Assembly (NCBI GenBank): GCA_964615415.1
Contig: CAZTNI010000002.1
Coordinates: 104,687 to 168,686 of the forward strand
Origin: an uncultured Candidatus Saccharibacteria bacterium
GTDB taxonomy: Bacteria > Patescibacteriota > Minisyncoccia > Phycocordibacterales > SBAW01
Reading direction: 5' to 3'
DNA length: 64,000 nt
Shown here: positions 19,803 to 28,154 of the stretch, piece after piece
How positions within the stretch are numbered: position 1 is the first letter of the stretch
Layout of the letters: the number at the start of each line of letters is the position of its first letter
The notes under the pieces: model-generated
What the model was told of the DNA's origin: nothing
Seen by the model: only the letters and a program-made list of their open reading frames with translations
Databases searched by the model: none
Made by a program: the position numbers and the translations under genes

Positions 19803-20756
19803 TTACCGGTGCCGTAAGGCTTCCAGGTCATCGAGCATGGGTTGGACAGACGTTTTCCTTGCAGATTCCGTAAGATGCTCAGTCAGCATCTCACCAAACG
19901 CTTGGTGTCCGGGTTGAAGCACTGCAAGTAGCTTGTCGTACGGAATCCAAGCAAGGTGTGCGATATCGTCTGCGGGGCAGGGAGTCCCGGAGACATACGT
20001 TGCCGCGAAGAGAGTACTCATGATGACGTCTCCTGTGCCGCGGTAGCGCCAGTCGTCAACAACGCGCGAGCCTACAAAGCGGATGTTGGCGAGCGTAGGT
20101 AGTGAAGTTTCTTCCCTGGCTTCGCGCAGGGCTGCTTGTTCAAGAGATGCGTCAGTCGTGTCGACAAACCCGCCGATAAAGCGGTACTTGTCGCCGTCAC
20201 TCACCTTTGCCCCGAGCAAGACTTCTTGTCGGGCCGGATTGAGGATGGCGATGTCGACCGCAGGGTAGGGAATAGGAAAGCGATTTTCCTGCGTGTGAAT
20301 CACTCCCCGTCTGAATGCTGCTGAGCGCAAGATGCGTTTTGAAGTTTTGCGGCGATACTCGGTGCCGCTTTGCGCATCAATCTTCGGCACTTCAACGACA
20401 GTGTTTCCTCCACTGTAGTAGGGGATGAACGAGTCTCGAGATCCGTAGAGCACGGCGTTTGCGGCGGGGAACGTTTTCGCGATCAATGCATCGAGATTCT
20501 TACTCCACTCTTCGTTTGAAGGGTGGTCATAGAGTGGGGCAATATGCGCGTGCGGATATGCCGTGCGCACCATTGCTTCGCGCATTACATACGAGAGAGG
20601 ATTCTTCTTGGTGGGGAAGGCCTCGGTCGCGCCGATCAAGATCAACAGCTGGTCGTGGCGTGCAGCAACGTAGTCGAGAAGATAGCGGTGGCCAGCGTGG
20701 AGAGAGGCTACTTGAAAGCGGCCAATTACCACGCCAACGCTGGTTCGTGTGTGCAT
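19803..20756 (-). CDS. nadM: bifunctional NMN adenylyltransferase / Nudix hydrolase (NadM-Nudix)
   Basis: GVVIGRFQVASLHAGHRYLL cytidylyltransferase HxGH motif; C-terminal Nudix box GGFVDTTDASLEQAALREAREETSL; start moved to MHTRTSVG, which has a GGAG RBS. Confidence 0.8.
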   Translation of the reverse strand: MHTRTSVGVVIGRFQVASLHAGHRYLLDYVAARHDQLLILIGATEAFPTKKNPLSYVMREAMVRTAYPHAHIAPLYDHPSNEEWSKNLDALIAKTFPAANAVLYGSRDSFIPYYSGGNTVVEVPKIDAQSGTEYRRKTSKRILRSAAFRRGVIHTQENRFPIPYPAVDIAILNPARQEVLLGAKVSDGDKYRFIGGFVDTTDASLEQAALREAREETSLPTLANIRFVGSRVVDDWRYRGTGDVIMSTLFAATYVSGTPCPADDIAHLAWIPYDKLLAVLQPGHQAFGEMLTEHLTESARKTSVQPMLDDLEALRHR

Positions 20757-20797
20757 GTTATTTCTCCATGTTGTTAAAGAACCTCCCGTTCGATTAG

Positions 20798-20818
20798 TTA
20801 GTGTTATTAATACACTAA
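20798..20818. promoter_or_regulatory. NrtR-type operator TTAGTGTTATTAATACACTAA (21-bp palindrome, GT-N7-AC core)
   Basis: Perfect 7-bp inverted arms TTAGTGT/ACACTAA with a 7-nt AT spacer, 42 bp upstream of the nadM start. Confidence 0.6.
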
Positions 20819-20861
20819 CATTAGGTAAAAAAATAAGCCTTTTTACCCTATCGTACGAGAC

Positions 20862-20882
20862 TTCGTGTATCTTATACACTAA
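20862..20882. promoter_or_regulatory. second NrtR-type operator TTCGTGTATCTTATACACTAA
   Basis: Same 21-bp layout with one arm mismatch; 64 bp from the first site, in the ARH-nadM intergenic region. Confidence 0.5.
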
Positions 20883-20950
20883 CAAAACAGAAGTCAAGTC
20901 GCGCTGTGGATAAGAAAAACCCCGGCTTCTGTGAGCCGGGGTGAGTGTCG

Positions 20951-21970
20951 TTACGCGAACTGTTGATTATCGGGACGAAAGAGCTGGGCTTTGTTGAACA
21001 AGGCTACGCCCAGCTCGGTCATTTTCTCGCGTCCATGCAGCACCTTAAGCCATTGCTCCGGAATCCCGCCAATGCCGTAGCGAAGTCCAAGGAGCCCGCC
21101 CGCAATTGCGCCGTAGGTGTCGACGTCGCCGCCCACAGAAATTGCCTTGATGATGCCGTTGGCAAAGCTGGTGGCAGTGACTGTTGCCCATACTGCGACA
21201 CGCAACGAGAGTACCACGTCGCCCTCATGGCCCTGAATGTTGAGGTTGTAGTTGGGGCTGGTAAGGGGAAGAGAGGTGACATATTTGACTGCATCTGCTT
21301 CAAGGTGCGGAACATCTGAGAATTTGCGCGCAAGTCTGCAAGCATCTTCCCATGCATTGCGTGGTTCGATGCCGTAGAGCAGTAGGTTGGCCATGATGCT
21401 GTAGATCGCGCACGAAGCAATTGCGAGACCGTTGCGGTGAGTCACCCACGACTGTTCGGCGCCCAGCACTGCTGCTTGGCGAGCGTCGCCTCTTGCGGCA
21501 AGAGGTGCTGCAATACAGCGCATAAGGCTCCCGTTGCTTGCTGGAGTAGGAATGTTTCCTGCGGCAAACTCCGCGATAGACTCTGCGTGAGTTGCCGGTC
21601 TCAGTGCTGCTCGTAGTGTACTGCCGCTGCCATACGCGACCTTGCCGAGGATGGGCCTGCGGCCATGGATGAACGCACGCAAGTGGTCGTATACGAGAGA
21701 TGCAGAAAAGTCGTCTGCGGCGAGTAGGGCAGAGGCAAGGTAGGCAGCAAGCTCAGAGTCGTCGGTCGGCTGCCCTGCCTCCATGAGAGTCTGGCCCAAC
21801 TTCCCCGGAGGATCGAAGGGTTTGTAGTCATGGAAGACCAATCCGCCACGTGCTATGTCGGCAGCAATGTACGCATCGCTCTTCCATTCGTACGGTGCGC
21901 CGAGTGCGTCACCGCAGGTAGTGCCGACCATGGCACCAACAAAACGATCAAGTGTTTCTTTTTCAAACAC
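20951..21970 (-). CDS. ADP-ribosylglycohydrolase family protein
   Basis: MFEKETLDRFVGAMVGTTCGDALGAPYEW...GQPTDDSELA are ARH (DraG-like) signatures; 339 aa. Confidence 0.8.
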   Translation of the reverse strand: MFEKETLDRFVGAMVGTTCGDALGAPYEWKSDAYIAADIARGGLVFHDYKPFDPPGKLGQTLMEAGQPTDDSELAAYLASALLAADDFSASLVYDHLRAFIHGRRPILGKVAYGSGSTLRAALRPATHAESIAEFAAGNIPTPASNGSLMRCIAAPLAARGDARQAAVLGAEQSWVTHRNGLAIASCAIYSIMANLLLYGIEPRNAWEDACRLARKFSDVPHLEADAVKYVTSLPLTSPNYNLNIQGHEGDVVLSLRVAVWATVTATSFANGIIKAISVGGDVDTYGAIAGGLLGLRYGIGGIPEQWLKVLHGREKMTELGVALFNKAQLFRPDNQQFA

Positions 21971-22051
21971 GAATGTTTCCTTTCTTGTTGAGAATAACTT
22001 CCAAACCGACTATAGCAACAGCGCTGAAGAGTGTAAAGCAAACACTAATTG

Positions 22052-22750
22052 TTACAGTACTTCTATTTCGTGCACTTTTGGTGAGGTGAACTTATAGAGT
22101 TGTGCGGGGCGGAAGCGGCCGCCAGTGCGCTTGCGAGGGAGTTCAGTCACGATTTTTAATTTGTGAATTTTTTTACGGAAATTTCGCTTGTCGAGGTCAG
22201 CATGCAAAATACTTTCGTACGCTGATTCAAGTTCGGTTAGTGTAAATTCCTCTGGCATAAGTTTACTCATGAGGGTGGTGTAGGTAACGCGCGAGCGAAG
22301 GCGTTTAAGGGCAATGTCGAGCATCTCGTCGTGGTCGTAGGCAAGTGACTTTGCGTCTTGAACGCGCGCCCACCACGCATCTTGAGAATCTCCTTGTTCG
22401 GCGGTCGAAAGAGCGTCCCATGGTATAAACCCGCTGTACGCTACAGCGACAACACGGCCGCGAGGGTCGCGACTTACTTCACTAAAGGTATAGAGTTGCT
22501 CGAGATAAATCTTTTTTGATGAGACTCCCGCTTTTTCTTCAAGCAGGCGCTTCGCTGCTTCTTCAGCAGTTTCTTTCGGGTGGATAAGGCCGCCGGTAAA
22601 TGCAGCAGAGTTGGGGAAGTGGGGAGGGCGATGTACTGAAACAAGACGCACAAGGAGTTCGTTGTCGCGAATAGTAAAAAGCACCACGTCGGATGCGATA
22701 ACTGCAAACCGCAAATGGGCAGGCGCAAGAGAGGTTTTTGCCTTTTTCAT
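22052..22750 (-). CDS. nrtR: Nudix-related transcriptional regulator NrtR (Nudix domain + C-terminal winged-helix)
   Basis: N-terminal Nudix-like domain (FAVIASDVVLFT...TGGLIHPKETAEEAAKRLLEEKAGV); C-terminal ~90 aa wHTH; sits at the head of the nadM/nadV/ARH operon with matching palindromic operators. Confidence 0.7.
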   Translation of the reverse strand: MKKAKTSLAPAHLRFAVIASDVVLFTIRDNELLVRLVSVHRPPHFPNSAAFTGGLIHPKETAEEAAKRLLEEKAGVSSKKIYLEQLYTFSEVSRDPRGRVVAVAYSGFIPWDALSTAEQGDSQDAWWARVQDAKSLAYDHDEMLDIALKRLRSRVTYTTLMSKLMPEEFTLTELESAYESILHADLDKRNFRKKIHKLKIVTELPRKRTGGRFRPAQLYKFTSPKVHEIEVL

Positions 22751-22807
22751 ACATGTATTATAGCAGCAGTATAGATATTGTCAAGAGTACACTTATCAAC
22801 ACCTAAG

Positions 22808-22828
22808 TTAGTGTAAACTTGACACAAA
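22808..22828. promoter_or_regulatory. NrtR-type operator-like site TTAGTGTAAACTTGACACAAA
   Basis: Left arm perfect, right arm 6/7; lies in the nrtR / J-pseudokinase divergent intergenic region. Confidence 0.4.
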
Positions 22829-22860
22829 ACAAGTGCGGGTGTAGAGTCCGATATAGATAG

Positions 22861-22881
22861 TAAGTGTAGCAAATACACTTA
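22861..22881. promoter_or_regulatory. NrtR-type operator TAAGTGTAGCAAATACACTTA (perfect 21-bp palindrome)
   Basis: 8-bp perfect inverted arms with GT-N7-AC core; 46 bp upstream of the 22927 gene and 111 bp upstream of nrtR. Confidence 0.55.
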
Positions 22882-22926
22882 TAAACAAAGATCTTTCACA
22901 ACAGCAAAAACGCTAGGAGGTGGCGC

Positions 22927-24081
22927 ATGAGTAGCGTCGACGCAGTTGAACAGGTGCTCGCAAAACTCACTACCGCAACCACGTTCGTAGCGGTCTTCGG
23001 ATCGCTCCCAACGGGCGATGTGCGAGAAAAGCGAGGCGCGCTGCGCAAGCAGTTTGCGTACTTGGTTAATCTGGTACATCCAGACCACGTGCCGCCGATT
23101 ATGAAAGATCGTGCAGGCGAAGCGGTGCAACGACTTACCGACCTGCATGCTGCAGCGAAAGTTGCGGTCGATGCGGGAAAGTATGAGGTGCCGTTTGCTG
23201 CTGGGTCGACCGTGTCGCCCAAGTCGGCAGAAGTGGTGCTGCAATCACCGACCGCGACATATCGCCTTTCCGGTAATCCGTACAAGGAAGGAGACTTCTC
23301 GGTACTCTATCGGGGTAGTGTGGTTGGTACTGGACACGACGTGATCATAAAGATCGCCAGTGTTCCCGCACACAACACGTACCTCGAAGCAGAAATCAGA
23401 ACGCTGAAGAAATTCAGTGGCGCTGATCCTGTCTCGCCTGTCGGTAAGATAGGCCGGTTTGTGCCACGAGTGCTCGATACGTTTCTGGTGTCTGACGAAG
23501 ACAACCGGCGTGTGCGAGCAACAGTGCTTCCGTATCTCGATGGCTACGTGGCAGTGAGTGACATCATTGGCGCGTTCCCAAACGGGCTCGACCCACGAGA
23601 CGCTGCATGGATTGCCCGGCGACTGCTTGCACAAGTGCTTGCGGCGCAGGCTATCAAGGTGGTGCATGGGGCGATCGTTCCTGACCACCTGTTGGTGTCA
23701 CTTCATTCGCACGACCCGCTGCATATCGGGTGGGTGCACGCGATCGAGGACCCAGCGACTACCGGCAAGCGCATCACTCAGGTGATCGACCGCTATCGCG
23801 AGTGGTATCCGGAAGAAGTCTTCCACAAGGAAGTGCCTGACTTCCGGACTGACCTCTACATGGCCGGGAAAACTATCATCAAGCTTTTGGGTGGCGACGT
23901 AAGGCGGAATACATTTCCGACAAGCGTTCCCGACCAACTGAAGCGCATCATTCTTCGGTGCGTTGAAACATCTCCCGCGCGCAGGCCAAGTAACGGCATG
24001 CAGTTCCTCGACGAGTTCACAAGCGTCGTCAGGAATGTGTGGGGGAAGGCGTGGCGACCTCTTTCGATGCCGCCACGTTAA
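22927..24081 (+). CDS. J-domain (HPD) + kinase-like domain protein (predicted pseudokinase)
   Basis: N-terminal FVAVFGSLPTGDVREKRGALRKQFAYLVNLVHPDH aligns to a DnaJ J-domain including HPD; kinase-like GDFSVLYRGSV...DVIIKIAS...LEAEIRTL; catalytic-loop position reads VVHGAIVPDHLL (no catalytic Asp); AGGAGG RBS. Confidence 0.55.
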   Translation: MSSVDAVEQVLAKLTTATTFVAVFGSLPTGDVREKRGALRKQFAYLVNLVHPDHVPPIMKDRAGEAVQRLTDLHAAAKVAVDAGKYEVPFAAGSTVSPKSAEVVLQSPTATYRLSGNPYKEGDFSVLYRGSVVGTGHDVIIKIASVPAHNTYLEAEIRTLKKFSGADPVSPVGKIGRFVPRVLDTFLVSDEDNRRVRATVLPYLDGYVAVSDIIGAFPNGLDPRDAAWIARRLLAQVLAAQAIKVVHGAIVPDHLLVSLHSHDPLHIGWVHAIEDPATTGKRITQVIDRYREWYPEEVFHKEVPDFRTDLYMAGKTIIKLLGGDVRRNTFPTSVPDQLKRIILRCVETSPARRPSNGMQFLDEFTSVVRNVWGKAWRPLSMPPR

Positions 24082-24120
24082 AATCGCTTATGAGCAACCA
24101 GAAGAAAAGGAGTACTCCAC

Positions 24121-25158
24121 ATGGGTGGCGGTACCTTTGATTCAAGTGCCTACCGCGCAGCAGCTGCTGCGCGTGCGAGTGCCGGCGTCGACGACTTCGA
24201 CTATGACCGCAAGGTTAAGTCGGGCGTCGTGTCTGGCATTCATGCAAGCCTCGACCCGAAGACGGTCGCGGGCGCAACCAGTCCTCTCGCGGGAAAGAAT
24301 GTCCGCGAGAGTCGCGACAACGATGAGCATCCGAACTCGATCCCGATCGCTGTCTTCTTCGACGTCACGGGTTCGATGCATCGTGTGCCTGTCGTGCTCC
24401 AGAAGAAGCTCGCGACGCTGATGGACGTGATCATCGCCAAGGCCGGCATCCCCGACCCGCAGGTTCTGGTCGGCGCTATCGGCGACTCGAGTCCGTACTA
24501 CGGGCGTGGTATGACCGACCAGTATCCGTTCCAGGTCGGGCAGTTCGAGTCGGACAACCGCTTCGACGACGCTCTGCGCAACATCATCCTCGAGGGCGGA
24601 GGCGGCGGGCAGGTCATGGAGTCCTATGGACTTGCATACCGCTTCGCCGCTCACCACACGGCAACCGACGCGTGGGACAAGCGCGGCAAGAAGGGCTACC
24701 TCTTCACCATGGGTGACGAGGCCTTCTGGCCCACGATCACTTCTGGCGAGCTGAAGCAGATCTTCGGCGTCGAGGATGCGGCGGATGAATCCGTTGCGGA
24801 TCTCTATGCCAAGGCCTCGGAGCGCTGGGAGATCTACCACATCGCTATCACCGCCGGCACGTCGCACGGCGGCAACACCGCCATCCACGACAAGTGGCGT
24901 GCTCTGCTCGGCGAGCGCTTCATCAAGCTCGACGACGCAGACCTCGTCTGCGAGGTGATCGCCGGTATCGTGCACATGCTCGAAACGGCGAACGACCTCG
25001 ACAAGGTCGTCGGCGACATCGGCCTCTCCGGCCGGGCGGCAACGAGTGTGAAGAACGCACTCGTTCCCGTATCGGGCGGCCGCGTCCCCGGTCACCTCGC
25101 GAAGGGGAATCTCCCCAAGCGGCGTGACAAGGGCGCGGGCGGTGTGAGCGCGATCTAG
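24121..25158 (+). CDS. von Willebrand factor A (vWA) domain protein with MIDAS motif
   Basis: IAVFFDVTGSM (DxTxS MIDAS) plus downstream T and D residues; 345 aa; ~62% GC; AAGGAG RBS; terminator at 25181-25214. Confidence 0.6.
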   Translation: MGGGTFDSSAYRAAAAARASAGVDDFDYDRKVKSGVVSGIHASLDPKTVAGATSPLAGKNVRESRDNDEHPNSIPIAVFFDVTGSMHRVPVVLQKKLATLMDVIIAKAGIPDPQVLVGAIGDSSPYYGRGMTDQYPFQVGQFESDNRFDDALRNIILEGGGGGQVMESYGLAYRFAAHHTATDAWDKRGKKGYLFTMGDEAFWPTITSGELKQIFGVEDAADESVADLYAKASERWEIYHIAITAGTSHGGNTAIHDKWRALLGERFIKLDDADLVCEVIAGIVHMLETANDLDKVVGDIGLSGRAATSVKNALVPVSGGRVPGHLAKGNLPKRRDKGAGGVSAI

Positions 25159-25180
25159 TATCGCCTCTATACACAAACCT

Positions 25181-25214
25181 ATGGCTGGACGGTATACCCG
25201 CCCAGCCATTTTTC
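25181..25214 (+). terminator. intrinsic terminator separating the vWA gene from the purA-like gene
   Basis: ATGGCTGGACGG-TATAC-CCGCCCAGCCAT + TTTTTCT. Confidence 0.65.
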
Positions 25215-25233
25215 TCACCGAAAGGAGAACGAC

Positions 25234-26577
25234 ATGAGTAACAGAAAAGCGACTATCGTCGTCGGACTCGGGTTCGGTGACGAAGGTAAGGGAACAACCG
25301 TCGACTACCTTGCTCGACAGAACGACGTGTCGGCAGTAGTTCGCTTTAACGGCGGCGCACAAGCCGCACATAACGTGGTGACTCCCGATGGGAAGCATCA
25401 TACGTTCCAGCAGTTCGGGAGCGCATCGTTTCTGCCGCGGGTACGCACGCATCACTCTCGTTTTATGGTGCTCGACCCGCTTGCTCTTGCGAACGAGGCG
25501 AAACATCTGGCGGAAATTGGATGCGGCAATGTGTTCGCTCGACTTTCGGTCGACGAACAAGCGCTCGTGGTGTCGCCCTTCCACAAGGCGGCGAATCGCA
25601 TTCGCGAAGTGCTTCGAGCGAAGGGTAAGCATGGCAGTGTTGGTATGGGTGTGGGCGAGACGGTTGGCGACTCGATCGCATTTCCGGAGTACGCACTCCA
25701 TGCACGCGACTTGCGAGACCGTGCAGCAATTCTTTCTCGCTTCAAGTTCTTTCAGAATATGAAGCAAGGAGAATTTCGGGAACATCTCTCCGACCTTGCG
25801 AGTAATCCGCATATACAAGAAGAAGTGAAGATCCTTGCGGATCCGGATATGCCTGCGCTACTCGCCGACTTGTACTACCGGGTAGCCATGCGCTTTCCTA
25901 TCGTCGATGGAAACTACCTTGCGCGACTCGCACGCGAGGGAAGTCTTATCTTCGAAGGGGCGCAGGGAGTACTGCTTGACGAGTGGTATGGGTTCCATCC
26001 CTACACCACCTGGAGCACAACGACGTTTAGAAATGCACTGACTCTCTTGCGAGAAATCGGCTACGAGGGTCATGTGGAAAAGCTCGGTGTGCTCCGTGCG
26101 TACTCGACGCGCCACGGTGCCGGTCCCTTCCCGACGGAAGATCCGAATCTTGGCATGTTGGTGCCGGAGCTGCATAACGGCATTGGGCCGTGGCAGGGCG
26201 GCTTCCGTATCGGCTGGCCGGACCTGGTGCTCGCCCGGTACGCGCTCGCGGTTGCGGGTGGGGCAGACGCACTTGCGATCACGCACCTCGACCGCTTCAT
26301 GCCGCTTACTCGTAAAAAAGTCGCGGTACGCTACCAAGTTCGCGACACGACTGTTGCTACTCTGCAGCCGAAAGAGCACCTTACTGATCTGGTCTACCAA
26401 GAGCAGCTCATGGGGCTCGTATCTCGTGCTACTCCGCAGTATGAAGATATTGCTCCGGGGGAAGCAGCGTACCTACAATTCCTCGAGCGACGGCTCTGCG
26501 TGCCGATCGCGCTTACCTCGCACGGCATGACGTATCTCGATAAACGTTCCCGTTCTATGGTAAGAGCGGCAGCATGA
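25234..26577 (+). CDS. adenylosuccinate synthetase (PurA) family protein, divergent paralog
   Basis: GLGFGDEGKGTTVDYL, FNGGAQAAHNV, FEGAQGVLLD and GVLRAYSTRHGAGPFPTE match PurA; canonical GTTGRGIGP reads GSVGMGVGE and GATTGRRRR reads GPWQGGFRIGWPD. Confidence 0.7.
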   Translation: MSNRKATIVVGLGFGDEGKGTTVDYLARQNDVSAVVRFNGGAQAAHNVVTPDGKHHTFQQFGSASFLPRVRTHHSRFMVLDPLALANEAKHLAEIGCGNVFARLSVDEQALVVSPFHKAANRIREVLRAKGKHGSVGMGVGETVGDSIAFPEYALHARDLRDRAAILSRFKFFQNMKQGEFREHLSDLASNPHIQEEVKILADPDMPALLADLYYRVAMRFPIVDGNYLARLAREGSLIFEGAQGVLLDEWYGFHPYTTWSTTTFRNALTLLREIGYEGHVEKLGVLRAYSTRHGAGPFPTEDPNLGMLVPELHNGIGPWQGGFRIGWPDLVLARYALAVAGGADALAITHLDRFMPLTRKKVAVRYQVRDTTVATLQPKEHLTDLVYQEQLMGLVSRATPQYEDIAPGEAAYLQFLERRLCVPIALTSHGMTYLDKRSRSMVRAAA

Positions 26578-26596
26578 GTTCTTTGTTCTACGTACT

Positions 26597-26630
26597 AAGC
26601 CCTGCTACGCGCAGGGCTTTTCTTTTTGTA
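26597..26630 (+). terminator. intrinsic terminator after the purA-like gene
   Basis: AAGCCCTGC-TACGC-GCAGGGCTT + TTCTTTTT. Confidence 0.7.
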
Positions 26631-26649
26631 TATTTGGTAGGATAGAGGT

Positions 26650-27177
26650 ATGCACACGGAAACTATTGTTCTTGGAGGTGGGTGCTTTTGGTGCACCGAA
26701 GCGGTGTTTACGATGCTGAAGGGTATCGTGTCTGTGCGACCAGGATATGCAGGCGGTCATGTTGCAAACCCAACCTACGAACAAGTTTCAGGAGGTAAGA
26801 CGGGCCACATAGAAGTGATAGAAATTGTGTACGACCCGGACCAACTTTCTTTCGAAGAGATTTTGCAGGTATTTTTTGATACCCACGACCCGACGACACC
26901 CAACCGACAGGGGAACGACGTGGGTCCGCAGTATCACTCGGCTGTTTTTTACACCACTCCTCGGCAGAAAGAAAAAACCGAGCACTACATCATGCTCATA
27001 AAAAATAAATTCACCAAGCCTATCGTTACTACGGTTGCGCCACTTGATACGTTTTATGTGGCCGAGGATTATCATCAGCAATACTACGAGCACCACAAAG
27101 ATGCACCGTACTGCCAAGTCATTATTGATCCGAAGGTAGAGAAAGTGCAGACTAAATTCAAAAATCTACTAAAATAA
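26650..27177 (+). CDS. msrA: peptide methionine sulfoxide reductase MsrA
   Basis: IVLGGGCFWCTEAVF...YHQQYY are MsrA active-site motifs. Confidence 0.85.
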   Translation: MHTETIVLGGGCFWCTEAVFTMLKGIVSVRPGYAGGHVANPTYEQVSGGKTGHIEVIEIVYDPDQLSFEEILQVFFDTHDPTTPNRQGNDVGPQYHSAVFYTTPRQKEKTEHYIMLIKNKFTKPIVTTVAPLDTFYVAEDYHQQYYEHHKDAPYCQVIIDPKVEKVQTKFKNLLK

Positions 27178-27570
27178 ATGTCCCAAGACGAATTTGAACA
27201 ACTTGTTGCAGAAGAATTTCCTAAGGCGGTGCCCGAGAAATTTCATAGTGTCATAACGAACGTTGCGTTTTTAATAGAAGACGAACCTTCAGAAGAGGTG
27301 CGCCGCATAGAGGGCTTGGGACCAGAGGAAACCTTGCTTGGCTACTACAAAGGAGTGCCGGTCACTGCGCGTGGCGACGGATACGGCATGGGCGGCACGC
27401 TGCCGGACACTATTACGCTGTACCAACTTCCCATAGAAAAAGTTGCTGCGGAGGAAGGGGTAGAGGTGCGTACTGTCATTCGCGAAACTATTTGGCACGA
27501 AGTGGCACACTACATGGGTATGGATGAGGATGTGGTAAGAAATCGCGAGGCCAAACGTGATAGCATATAA
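27178..27570 (+). CDS. zincin-like small metallopeptidase-fold protein (DUF1025-like)
   Basis: WHEVAHYMG HExxH motif; 130 aa; start 1 nt after the msrA stop. Confidence 0.5.
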   Translation: MSQDEFEQLVAEEFPKAVPEKFHSVITNVAFLIEDEPSEEVRRIEGLGPEETLLGYYKGVPVTARGDGYGMGGTLPDTITLYQLPIEKVAAEEGVEVRTVIRETIWHEVAHYMGMDEDVVRNREAKRDSI

Positions 27571-27573
27571 CGT

Positions 27574-28140
27574 ATGAATAAGACTATTTTCGCAGGAGCA
27601 ATTGCGGCGCTACTTCTTATTGGAGGCGGCTATTGGGTCTGGAGCACTATGGCAGCGAGCGGGCCAGAGCCGGTGACTGAAGTGGAAGACAATGAATACC
27701 ATTCAGCGCAGTACGGCATTTCCTTTACCTACCCGGAGCAGTACACCATGACTGAACATGACGAAGGTACTGGCGAGCGTATGATGCACACGATCGTTCT
27801 TATTAATAAAGAGTATGCAGATGGGGGTGGTATGGAGGGACCTCCGGCGATCGCGGTAACCGTATTCGAAAATCCAGAAAATCTTTCCCTTCAGAATTGG
27901 ATTACGACTACCTCGTATTCAAACTACAAACTCGCAACCGATGAGACGCTCCATGCAACGTCAGTAGGCGGGCAAGCGGCGCTTTCGTATGCACATAGCG
28001 GTCTTTACGAAACTGATGCCGTGGTCGTGATGAATAACGGCCGTGTGTACATGTTTACCGCAGGTTGGTTGACAGTACAGGATGACATTCGCAGCGATCT
28101 TGAGAAGATTCTCTCTAGTGTAGAATTTGTCGCTTCGTAA
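27574..28140 (+). CDS. membrane-anchored hypothetical protein
   Basis: N-terminal TM anchor; 188 aa; no recognised domain. Confidence 0.4.
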   Translation: MNKTIFAGAIAALLLIGGGYWVWSTMAASGPEPVTEVEDNEYHSAQYGISFTYPEQYTMTEHDEGTGERMMHTIVLINKEYADGGGMEGPPAIAVTVFENPENLSLQNWITTTSYSNYKLATDETLHATSVGGQAALSYAHSGLYETDAVVVMNNGRVYMFTAGWLTVQDDIRSDLEKILSSVEFVAS

Positions 28141-28154
28141 TATACTATATAGAT

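Noticed and set aside
24142-25818. 558-aa minus-strand ORF spanning the vWA and purA-like loci
   Set aside because: It is antisense to two well-supported plus-strand genes that have RBSs, domains and terminators. It is Arg/Ala-rich and low-complexity, typical of a GC-rich antisense frame.
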